Shown here in pieces: positions 1-7,389 of a stretch of 24,000 bases of DNA. Numbering within the stretch: position 1 is the first letter of the stretch; each line of letters opens with the position of its first letter. This DNA comes from Candidatus Geothermarchaeales archaeon. Lineage in GTDB: Archaea; Thermoproteota; Nitrososphaeria; Geothermarchaeales; JAUWBL01. The notes beneath the pieces were generated by a model. That model worked only from the letters and a program-made list of their open reading frames with translations, was not told where the DNA came from and searched no databases. The translations under genes were made by a program, and so were the position numbers. The DNA lies in NCBI GenBank assembly GCA_046757245.1, contig JBHHXX010000009.1, positions 1 to 24,000 on the forward strand, read 5' to 3'.

Positions 1-366
1 TTTTATATAAATTTGATAGCTACGTTTATACCCACATTTTCAAAAACTTTACGCGCGGGCAAAGTAGGAAAGGTGAATTGGTACCTGGGGCTAGATACGT
101 GCTAGCGTTCTAGATGTCAAGTCTTCAGTTTTTATTTTTCTTCATCGCGTAAGTATAATGAACCTTTTTTATTCCATCCCATATCCCACGTTATAATAAA
201 CAGGGTGCATAATCTAGTAGTACAGAAAGATGATTCCAGCACTGAAATTTCAGTACTTCATTATACAGTGGATTCAACCATACAGGAAACGAGAAAGAAT
301 TGTTCTTTAATCACACTTTATCTAAAAGTCAGTGTCTAAAGGAAAAGTAAATAAGCTCTAATAAAG

Positions 367-411
367 TTTTGACAATTTGAGCTCTATCTAGGCCTTCCAC
401 CACTTAAATAG
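367..411 (-). repeat. Degenerate copy of the endA 3' end: last ~8-11 codons, stop codon and ~21 nt of 3' flank. Left copy of an imperfect direct repeat.
   Basis: Hand alignment of 367-411 against 1382-1426 gives 38/45 identical bases with no gaps. Minus-strand translation reads ..FQFQLFKWWKA*, compared with ..VQYLLFRWWKA* in the intact EndA. An in-frame stop lies just upstream, so this is a fragment and not a gene. Confidence 0.7.
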
Positions 412-524
412 CTGAAACTGGAAAAGATACTAGACTTTATTTTTAGGAATGGAAAGTATGGATGTGTGAACTTACCGCTCAAATACTCGGCGGATCGGAA
501 TTTTTACATAATTGTTTTATCATA

Positions 525-770
525 TTACGATTCTTTTTTAATGAGTTCATCTGCTTTGCCTTCCAGCTCATCCCATTGTGGGAGTTTACCTGCCATTTTT
601 TCTTGAATCTCCTCTAGGCTTGGCATCTTCTTTATAACAAGCAAACCAGCTTCTTCGGCGGTAACTTCTACGTGGTCGCCCTCTTTGATTTCTGCCATTT
701 TTCTCTCCTTAGCTGGGATAATTAGACTTCCACGCCTTCCGACTTTGGCGAGCGTCATGAATATCGCCAA
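525..770 (-). CDS. AbrB/SpoVT (MazE-like) swapped-hairpin DNA-binding protein; putative VapB-type antitoxin
   Basis: The N-terminal sequence LAKVGRRGSLIIPAKERKMAEIKEGDHVEV fits the SpoVT/AbrB looped-hinge pattern (x-V-x-x-x-G-x-hydrophobic-x-IP-x-x-x-R..l.l..GD.v.v). The protein is small and sits next to a PIN gene. The track start at 770 is TTG. The ATG at 758 (MTLAKVG..) is the more likely start. Confidence 0.75.
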   Translation of the reverse strand: MAIFMTLAKVGRRGSLIIPAKERKMAEIKEGDHVEVTAEEAGLLVIKKMPSLEEIQEKMAGKLPQWDELEGKADELIKKES

Positions 771-820
771 TTATATTTATAAAACCCTGTCATTTATTAA
801 TCTATCTGAGGAAATAAGAA
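771..820. promoter_or_regulatory. AT-rich bidirectional promoter region between the divergent AbrB and PIN genes
   Basis: A 50-bp spacer contains TATA-like TTTATAAAA (776-784) and CATTTATTAATC (791-802). Both lie 20-45 nt from the two divergent start codons. Confidence 0.3.
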
Positions 821-1234
821 ATGCCAGTCCTTGAGACGGACTTCCTCAAGGGGGTCATTGACCCCCAAGACAAGCTTTACAACCCCTCCATGGAGGCTCT
901 AAAACAAGTGGGGGAAAAAAATTGGTATGTGGCGTCTTCAGCCTTTATTGAACTAGACTTACTGCTAAAAAACAGTGGTATGTCCATTGATGATAGAATC
1001 GCGGTTTTTCAAGCGCTGAAATCTGAAATACCCAAAGAGATGGTTCTGACGGTTTCTCATCAAACACTCTCAGAGGCTACCTTGCTACAAAGAAAGTACT
1101 ATAAAATAAGTCACTTTTATTTTGATTCGATTCACTTAGCTGTTTCCATAGAATTAGACAACAAAATCGTCAGTAGTGATAAAACCTTCGATCAAATTGA
1201 AGAGATAGAACGAACCCCACTTGAAAAACTTTAA
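821..1234 (+). CDS. PIN-domain ribonuclease; putative VapC-type toxin
   Basis: The acidic PIN quartet is spaced as expected: LETDFL (N-terminal Asp), SSAFIELDLL (Glu), YFDSIHLAVS (Asp) and IVSSDKTF (C-terminal Asp). Length is 137 aa. It is adjacent to the AbrB-type gene. Confidence 0.75.
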   Translation: MPVLETDFLKGVIDPQDKLYNPSMEALKQVGEKNWYVASSAFIELDLLLKNSGMSIDDRIAVFQALKSEIPKEMVLTVSHQTLSEATLLQRKYYKISHFYFDSIHLAVSIELDNKIVSSDKTFDQIEEIERTPLEKL

Positions 1235-1381
1235 AGTCTATTGATCAGAGAGATTCGATCCAGCATGAGCACCATAACATGAGGTCAGAAGATAAAGGAC
1301 ACCTTGAAAAGTCTAATTCTAATGCTTCATTATATGACAAAATAAGACATGTAGGGATCAAGAAAATTTTATTTGAACTTA

Positions 1382-1426
1382 TTTTGACGATTTGAACCCT
1401 ATTTAGGCTTTCCACCACCTAAAGAG
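1382..1426 (-). repeat. Right copy of the 45-bp imperfect direct repeat. It overlaps the true endA stop codon and 3' flank.
   Basis: See 367-411. It covers 21 nt downstream of the endA stop (1403-1405, TAA on the minus strand) and the last 7 codons. Confidence 0.7.
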
Positions 1427-2002
1427 GAGATATTGAACCTTCCCCGTTTTTAGGTTGGGCACCGCGATAACAAACCGCTTCCTCACCGTTGTGGCCAGCC
1501 TCCCAGCTCTCACTATATCCGTCGAGCCGATCGCGTCCTTTAGCCTCATGATGGAGACGATGAAGGGCGCGTGGTCGATGCCGGGTCCCCTTCGGTATAC
1601 AGCGAAAGTTGATCCAAACTTCATGCCAGAGGTCACCACGTACCCAGCGCTCCGAAGATCCTCATAAACCATGAACTTCTCCTCAAAGGCATCATAGGCC
1701 CTCGAAGCATGTCCAAAGACCTCCTCCAAGGCGAGGTTCCTACCGGTGGCTGGGTCGTAAACCTCTATGCTTCCATTCTTCGCCAGATAGGCCGCCTCAA
1801 TGAGGTCTAGCACGAGGGGTGCATCGAGGTCACCCGGCTTCGGCTTGGGCACCCCTATGGGCTTGCCGTAGAAGCCCAGGGAGAAGACCCTCGATGAATC
1901 CTCTAGATCCCAGATTATGGCCCGGGTCTCCTCCAGATAGGCTATGGGCTTCTCTTTTTCGGACGCCTTCATATAATCATCACATCGCCTGATCTTTGCC
2001 AA
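1403..2002 (-). CDS. endA: tRNA-splicing (intron) endonuclease, catalytic-type subunit
   Basis: The C-terminal catalytic domain motif GMKFGSTFAVYRRGPGIDHAPFIVSI carries the Tyr and His of the Y-H-K triad. A downstream Lys lies in TTVRKRFVIAV. At 199 aa it is typical of archaeal EndA subunits. Confidence 0.85.
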   Translation of the reverse strand: MAKIRRCDDYMKASEKEKPIAYLEETRAIIWDLEDSSRVFSLGFYGKPIGVPKPKPGDLDAPLVLDLIEAAYLAKNGSIEVYDPATGRNLALEEVFGHASRAYDAFEEKFMVYEDLRSAGYVVTSGMKFGSTFAVYRRGPGIDHAPFIVSIMRLKDAIGSTDIVRAGRLATTVRKRFVIAVPNLKTGKVQYLLFRWWKA

Positions 2003-2237
2003 ACTTTATAGTAAATAAAATATTTTGTGTCCTTATAGGCCTTTTATACAGCGTTTTTCGATGCCTAGAAATTTTGTATTCCTGAATAACTCATGAATAA
2101 GGTGGTGGTTCAACAAAGCTTAATTTTCATTGTCGATAAAGTGTTTTCATAGATTGAGAATCCTCTACAGAGTCTTTAGTTTTTTTCAATGAAGGGGGGT
2201 AGAAGGTTTAAGATATCTGCATTTGAGAACTTAAAAA

Positions 2238-2254
2238 GTGATTCCTAGAATCAC
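2238..2254. terminator. Perfect hairpin GTGATTC-CTA-GAATCAC, 7 nt downstream of the stop of the 2261-2959 gene
   Basis: Read directly: 7-bp arms with a 3-nt loop. On the minus strand an A/T-rich run (TTTTT, reverse complement of 2233-2237) follows the hairpin. Confidence 0.3.
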
Positions 2255-2260
2255 GCGATT

Positions 2261-2959
2261 CTACGACTCCACGAGGATACGCTTCGCCAGGCTAATCTCT
2301 TCGCTTAGGACTCGGTGTGCCTCGTGGGCTTCATAATCGTTGACGACGAAAATTAGCTTATTGTTTAGCCTCAAAAGCTGATCTATCTCGATGCCCAATC
2401 GGTATAAAAGCTTAATGACAAAGTTATGTGAGACGGTTTCTTCGGTTATTGACGAAAAGTTTAGGACCACCTCTGACAAACCTCTCTTTATCGATGCTAT
2501 TTGTTCCTCCCCTACGGCTTCTAAGATCCTCTGAGAAACCTCCTCCTCCACGATGAGCTTCACCGTCTTCCTCGAGAAGTGGATGTGGAAGACTCGGGGA
2601 AATCTCCTGCTGCTTAAGAACACGTTTTGAAGAGCCTCTGAGAGTAGGGGAAGGAGGTCGATCGTCGCGTATAAATTAATGCAAACTATGCTTCCCGTAA
2701 TTAAAACACTGCTATTAGCCAAACCCCTTAGAAACTCCTTGCTCCTCGGCTTCTTCTCGATTGTTTTTGAGTATCGGATTATTGAGCGGACGATGGTGTT
2801 AGGTGGAACCTTCTTTCCAACTAAAGCCTCAACCTTCGGCGTGATTTCACGAGCTAGCGCAGTGTAGTTGACTAATCCTCTGCTGATGACCTCTTGGAAG
2901 ATAGGTTCATCGTCAATTGCGGAACGTACGGCGTCCGAGACGCTGATTCTAAATGTCAT
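2261..2959 (-). CDS. Uncharacterised protein, paralog A. N-terminal helical (HTH-like) region plus a C-terminal ACT-like pattern.
   Basis: It aligns along its length with the 5804-6547 product: SVSDAVRSAIDD..LVNYTALAREITPKVEAL versus SVSEAVRETIES..FANYTAIAKKIKPIIESM. The C-termini also match: GLSEVVLNF..LYRLGIEIDQLL..KLIFVVNDYEAHEAHRVL versus GLAEITVRL..LSINGIRILDML..EITMVFKEEDAPTVHKIL. This is the beta-alpha-beta-beta-alpha-beta spacing typical of ACT domains. The function call is inference only. Confidence 0.6.
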   Translation of the reverse strand: MTFRISVSDAVRSAIDDEPIFQEVISRGLVNYTALAREITPKVEALVGKKVPPNTIVRSIIRYSKTIEKKPRSKEFLRGLANSSVLITGSIVCINLYATIDLLPLLSEALQNVFLSSRRFPRVFHIHFSRKTVKLIVEEEVSQRILEAVGEEQIASIKRGLSEVVLNFSSITEETVSHNFVIKLLYRLGIEIDQLLRLNNKLIFVVNDYEAHEAHRVLSEEISLAKRILVES

Positions 2960-3011
2960 AGTACATTATGAATAAGTATTAGCGTTGAAAAATTTAAATA
3001 TAACTAGTACC

Positions 3012-3128
3012 ATTTTATTTTAAATGTCATAAATATGACATATTGTATTAAATATATCATCTAAGACATAATATTTAAATATTAATAATATTTTATTTTA
3101 AATATGACTAAAAGTATAAAATATGACA
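3012..3128. promoter_or_regulatory. Extremely AT-rich divergent control region with repeated motifs
   Basis: An exact 14-bp direct repeat ATTTTATTTTAAAT occurs at 3012-3025 and 3090-3103. A palindrome ATGTCAT-N4-ATGACAT spans 3024-3041. ATATGAC(A/T) occurs at 3033, 3102 and 3121. TATA-like AAAGTATAAAAT lies ~30 nt upstream of the ATG at 3150. Confidence 0.4.
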
Positions 3129-4094
3129 TTATATGTTCAAAGTGACAAAATGAAAGTCAAAAAATTTAGATTTTATCACTCATTATTTATCGCTTTTTCG
3201 CTTTCCCTCATATTAGGTCCGATTCCTAGGACAATAGCCCAATCACCGACTCTGTGTGAAGCTATAGTTAATGGGGGATTTGAGAAGGGAGACTTGAGCG
3301 GATGGGACGCGATAGACGCAGTTATTTTCAATTTTCTATCTTTTAACGAGCTCGTCCGGAGCGGTAGATACTCGGCTGGAGGCATCCACTTCACCATGAT
3401 GCAGGATCTACCCTCAATACCCGTTTCAAGTGTTAGGAAAATAGAGTTCTATGCCTCCACTCTCGCCGGTATGTCAACCACAGTATTTGCCGCTTTAGAG
3501 TATGCCGACGGAGAATACACGTCGTTCAACTTTAAGCTCCAAAACCAAGCTTGGTGGAAATGTGACTTAGACGTGGGCGGTCTTAACGCCTCAAAGTTAA
3601 TTAATAAACTGGTCATTTGGACGGTGAGCAACAACCCAATTGGTATCGACGATGTAACCCTCCTATACCACACAAGTAAAGGGGTTCTGAGGATTTATAC
3701 GACGCCAATCGCAGGTGAGATATACGTCGATTCGGTTAATAGGGGCGTAAAAAGAGCCGTAATATCCGTATCTCCAGGATTACACACGGTTTCATTTGGG
3801 CGGGTCCCGGGATTCAAGACGCCACAAGATAAGATAGTTGATATCAAGGCCGGGGAATCTATGGTTATCAGCTCTGTGTATTTGCCCCATGCTCCGAATG
3901 TAAATAATTCGATTCCGGGTGAAGAAAATGAAACGATGTTTAATGGTTTAAGGCAGATTCAATGGTTTGCTCCCCTTACTTTGGGTGTCGTACTAACAAC
4001 CGTTTATCTAGTCAAGTTCAGAAGAGACCGCGCGTCGAATTGCAGGGTTAGGCGGGGGTTGTGTAAAAATGCAAACAGCGGAAAAAGTACTTAA
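3123..4094 (+). CDS. Secreted, C-terminally membrane-anchored surface protein with a CBM/galactose-binding-like N-terminal beta-sandwich and a PEGA-like domain
   Basis: The signal peptide is MKVKKFRFYHSLFIAFSLSLILGPIPRTIAQS, so the likely true start is the ATG at 3150. The NGGFEKGDLSGWDA motif is typical of CBM4/9-like sandwich domains. RIYTTPIAGEIYVDSVNRGV..VSPGLHTVSF fits the PEGA pattern. A C-terminal TM helix FAPLTLGVVLTTVYLV is followed by a basic tail. N-X-S/T sequons are present (NNS, NET). Confidence 0.65.
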   Translation: MTLYVQSDKMKVKKFRFYHSLFIAFSLSLILGPIPRTIAQSPTLCEAIVNGGFEKGDLSGWDAIDAVIFNFLSFNELVRSGRYSAGGIHFTMMQDLPSIPVSSVRKIEFYASTLAGMSTTVFAALEYADGEYTSFNFKLQNQAWWKCDLDVGGLNASKLINKLVIWTVSNNPIGIDDVTLLYHTSKGVLRIYTTPIAGEIYVDSVNRGVKRAVISVSPGLHTVSFGRVPGFKTPQDKIVDIKAGESMVISSVYLPHAPNVNNSIPGEENETMFNGLRQIQWFAPLTLGVVLTTVYLVKFRRDRASNCRVRRGLCKNANSGKST

Positions 4095-5826
4095 TGATAC
4101 AATCAGAGACATTGTCATCACGATAGGCATAGGATTCATCATAGGAATTTCTACCGTGTTTTTATCTAGGATGTATGAATACCTATGGATTCTGAGGTCT
4201 ATTATCACGGGGATATCCTTACCCTTAACAATTCTATGCGTAATTGCTGGTCTAACCATAGCATATCTAATCGTTCAAAAATTCGCGTTAAAAAAAGAGA
4301 CGGGGTGTGGGACGTCTCAGGTCATTGAGGCTTATCACTATGAGAGAGGATACCTGTCCCCAAGGGATTTTTCTAGTAAAACGGTTGCTTCTGCCGTCAC
4401 CATAGGGTTTGGGGGTAGTGCTGGTTTGGAGGGGCCGAGCCTCCTCCTCGGAGGGGGAATCGCCTCGTTCATCGGGCAGAAGACGGGTCTCAGTCCCGAG
4501 AAAATTCGTGTGTTTATGGTTTCGGGTGCAGCGGCCGGTCTGTCTGCCATTTTTAAAGCTCCTTTGACCGGAATCCTCTTTGCCCTCGAGATTCCTTATA
4601 GACGGTATCTAGCGAAGGAGATCTTCATCACGGCTTCCCTATCTTCAGTAACTTCATACCTGACTTTCATATTTTTTGAGGGAAGCGAACCATTGTTCCC
4701 ATTCTCCCCAGTTCTCACCATCTCTCTCGATAATGCCCTATACGCAACCATTGAGGGGCTCCTAGCGGCGGTCGTGGCTCTCTTCTTCATCCATTTTTTC
4801 AGAACGGTCGAGAAGATGAGGACGAATTTCAAAGTACACCCGATCATCCTTCCAGCGCTTGGAGGACTAGTCGTCGGCTCCATTGGGTTAATGTGTCCAC
4901 GAATCCTCGGCGTCGGCTATGATACGATTTACTCCTCGGCTAGCGGTAGCCTCTATGATGCCTCGATGATGTTCCTAGTCTCACTGCTCATCTTTAAGAT
5001 TATCGCAACGAGTGTGACCCTAAACCTCGGGGGGAGTGGGGGACTCTTCATTCCCTCCATATTCGTAGGTGCCATAATGGGAGTTATATTTACAAAAATG
5101 CTGAGTATTGGTCCTAACGAGATTCTGGTCATGGCAGCTATGGCGGCTGTGATAGCGGCCACTAACAAGACACTTCTGACTAGTATAGCGTTCGTTGCGG
5201 AGACCTGTGGTCCCTCCTCTATTATATCTGCCACGATTGCTGCCTGTATTAGCTACGTGGCCTCTGGCAGTCTTTCTCTATATGAAAATCAGTTAGTGAG
5301 TAAACCCGAGGAAGAGGGGGAAGCCCTGACTCAATTACGTCATCTCATTCAATCCAACAACTTCTATAGGCGTAAAGAGATTCGCGTGAAGGAAATAATG
5401 GTTAGGAATCCGGTTACCTTGGATGAGGGCATGAGTATAGAGGAGGCCCTCGCCGTGGCGGCCCAACATGAATTTAGAGTTTACCCGGTGGTTAACAAAT
5501 GGGGGGGATTGATAGGTACCTTAAAAATAGAGGATCTCCTATCGATACCCATAGAAAAGTGGAATTTGCCGATTTCTCAGACGACGATTCAGGCGCCTCT
5601 AGTGGCCTTGGAGGAGGACAGCCTTTACGATATTATTGAGAAAATGATTCAGGAGCGCAGAGATCATGCCTACATAGTCTCAGATTACCATTCTATGCGG
5701 CCAGAGGGCGTCGTAGCGGGAATCGATGCGCTGAGAGCGTTTTTGAAAACCATTCTTATCGAAAAAACTCCTAAGATCGTTATTCAACCCTATACGAGAA
5801 GTCGTGATCCATATGAGGAGCCGTAA
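4069..5826 (+). CDS. ClC-family chloride channel/transporter with a C-terminal CBS-domain pair
   Basis: CLC signature motifs are present: GSAGLEGP (GxEGP with the gating Glu, 4423-4437), GGSGGLFIPS (GxFxP) and KAPLTGILFALE. The protein is multi-helical and hydrophobic. The C-terminus has two CBS-like repeats (VKEIMVRNPVTL.. and ..APLVALEEDSLYDIIEKM..HAYIVSD). It overlaps the upstream gene by 26 nt. Confidence 0.9.
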   Translation: MQTAEKVLNDTIRDIVITIGIGFIIGISTVFLSRMYEYLWILRSIITGISLPLTILCVIAGLTIAYLIVQKFALKKETGCGTSQVIEAYHYERGYLSPRDFSSKTVASAVTIGFGGSAGLEGPSLLLGGGIASFIGQKTGLSPEKIRVFMVSGAAAGLSAIFKAPLTGILFALEIPYRRYLAKEIFITASLSSVTSYLTFIFFEGSEPLFPFSPVLTISLDNALYATIEGLLAAVVALFFIHFFRTVEKMRTNFKVHPIILPALGGLVVGSIGLMCPRILGVGYDTIYSSASGSLYDASMMFLVSLLIFKIIATSVTLNLGGSGGLFIPSIFVGAIMGVIFTKMLSIGPNEILVMAAMAAVIAATNKTLLTSIAFVAETCGPSSIISATIAACISYVASGSLSLYENQLVSKPEEEGEALTQLRHLIQSNNFYRRKEIRVKEIMVRNPVTLDEGMSIEEALAVAAQHEFRVYPVVNKWGGLIGTLKIEDLLSIPIEKWNLPISQTTIQAPLVALEEDSLYDIIEKMIQERRDHAYIVSDYHSMRPEGVVAGIDALRAFLKTILIEKTPKIVIQPYTRSRDPYEEP

Positions 5827-6547
5827 ATCTGTATCTGAGGCGGTTCGTGAAACGATTGAGTCGGACTACACCATGTATATTGGAATAATTGGGGGATTTG
5901 CAAACTACACCGCCATCGCCAAAAAGATCAAGCCCATCATTGAATCCATGGTTAACAATAGATCCATCTCCCTAGCCAGTATAATCCAAGCTGTGAGCAG
6001 ATATGCCCGCTCACTTCAAGGAGACAATAAATCTATTGAGGCTATACGTGCGCTTGCCCAGAGCACCCTCATGATCAGAAACGATATAGCTGAATTAACT
6101 ATCACGGGTCATGATTCAAAAATGCGAAGCTTCTTGTTCACCCTAATGAAGCTTCTCGACTATGATAGAGGGGTAATCCGTTTAGTATCCTTCAACCTAT
6201 TGGAGCGAAAATTGAAGCTCATCCTAGAAGCCAAGGACATCGATGAAGTCGTCTCGGTAGTTCCATCAAGCCTGAAAACCTCTATTGAGACTGGGCTCGC
6301 AGAGATCACCGTTCGATTAAATCTGACCGGGTCCGATGTCGATTTCATGGCGGGTCTCTATCTTGCGCCCCTCTCGATAAATGGAATCAGAATCTTAGAT
6401 ATGTTGAGATGGGGTGAGGAAATAACCATGGTGTTTAAGGAGGAGGATGCCCCCACCGTTCATAAAATTTTAATAAACGAAATCAACCTAGCCCGATCCA
6501 TCTGTTCAAGACAAGCGGAATCTCTTTGCAGTCCTGTACATCAGTAG
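5804..6547 (+). CDS. Uncharacterised protein, paralog B of the 2261-2959 product (HTH-like N-terminus, ACT-like C-terminus)
   Basis: See the paralog A alignment. It overlaps the ClC 3' end by 23 nt. A later start (MRSRKSVSE..) is possible. Confidence 0.6.
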   Translation: MIHMRSRKSVSEAVRETIESDYTMYIGIIGGFANYTAIAKKIKPIIESMVNNRSISLASIIQAVSRYARSLQGDNKSIEAIRALAQSTLMIRNDIAELTITGHDSKMRSFLFTLMKLLDYDRGVIRLVSFNLLERKLKLILEAKDIDEVVSVVPSSLKTSIETGLAEITVRLNLTGSDVDFMAGLYLAPLSINGIRILDMLRWGEEITMVFKEEDAPTVHKILINEINLARSICSRQAESLCSPVHQ

Positions 6548-6591
6548 GACCCGTATAGACCCAGCAACTCTGACAACCCACTCATATAATC

Positions 6592-7242
6592 TCACATCAT
6601 CAGTATGGTGACCACGTGTAGGGCCTCGAGGGTCGCGTCGCAGGCGTTCTCGAGCCTGTTGATGACCTCGTTTATCGAGACGAGCTCGTTGGCGGAGAGC
6701 TTCATCCCCAGGGACTCTACGGAGAGGGATCTGTAAAGCCTGTCCACCTCAACCTCGTTTTCTGAGAGCTTTTTAGCCGCGCCCGGTATCCCCGAGGGGT
6801 TATAGCTCAGGAGGAAGATGCACTCCCTCAGGGCGTTCACCGTCTCTGCCACCTTCTGGGATAGGGCGAGAATCTTCTCTAGGATGCCTCTCGGGGCGGA
6901 CCTGAGATTTGTGAAGTACGCGATCCTATACGCGGAGCCCTCGAGGGAGTTTATCACGTTGCTCACGGTGCTGACGAGCCTTATCAGCTCCTCCCTACTT
7001 GATAGGAGGGGTCCCACGCCCATGAGCTCGCTGAATATGGTCTTCTCGATTCTCACGGTGCTATCGTCGATTTTCTTGACGTTTACGTAGAACTCCTCCA
7101 CTTTGTTGTCGTCGTTTGAGATGAGAGCCTCAACCATCTGGGGTAGGTAACCCGCAACGGAAACAGCGTTTCTGATGTGCTCTTGGAGGATCAGGAGGAC
7201 TCTTCTCCTGGCTTCAACCTCGGCTCCCTGAAAGAAAACCAC
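6592..7242 (-). CDS. DUF47 / PhoU-like helical-bundle protein (putative, distant)
   Basis: The 216-aa protein is predicted all-helical, with two similar halves. Each resembles the DUF47/PhoU repeat (..IEKTIFSELMG..PLLSSREELIRLVSTVSNVINSLEGSA.. and ..EVEVDRLYRSL...ELVSINEVINRLENACD). The acidic residues of canonical DUF47 are only partly conserved. The start is GTG. Confidence 0.45.
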   Translation of the reverse strand: MVFFQGAEVEARRRVLLILQEHIRNAVSVAGYLPQMVEALISNDDNKVEEFYVNVKKIDDSTVRIEKTIFSELMGVGPLLSSREELIRLVSTVSNVINSLEGSAYRIAYFTNLRSAPRGILEKILALSQKVAETVNALRECIFLLSYNPSGIPGAAKKLSENEVEVDRLYRSLSVESLGMKLSANELVSINEVINRLENACDATLEALHVVTILMM

Positions 7243-7389
7243 CTGTCTTCACCTTCGAGGCTAGCTTGCTCCATATAATTATTGGCTTTGGAAGGATAAT
7301 AAGATTTTCTCTTTGAGGGGAGATGAGGGTGGCTGGTGCAAACCATCTAAAACGTTTTATTGAAATACGACTTGGGATATTAATTAAAA

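Noticed and set aside
241-254. Perfect 14-bp palindrome ACTGAAATTTCAGT in the ORF-free left end
   Set aside because: About one such 7+7 palindrome is expected by chance in 24 kb. It has no associated gene and no second copy.
1-524. A 524-bp ORF-free AT-rich stretch, examined for RNA genes, small ORFs and repeats
   Set aside because: The only ORFs are trivial, at 12 and 26 codons. There are no GC-rich stems such as a thermophile structured RNA or tRNA would show. Apart from the endA-end copy at 367-411, nothing could be supported.
1455-1667. 70-aa plus-strand ORF inside endA, and similar short antisense ORFs inside the ClC, cysS and ade genes (for example 4338-5234, 15635-16914 and 17573-18801)
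   Set aside because: All are antisense or off-frame within genes that have strong family motifs. None has an independent signature.
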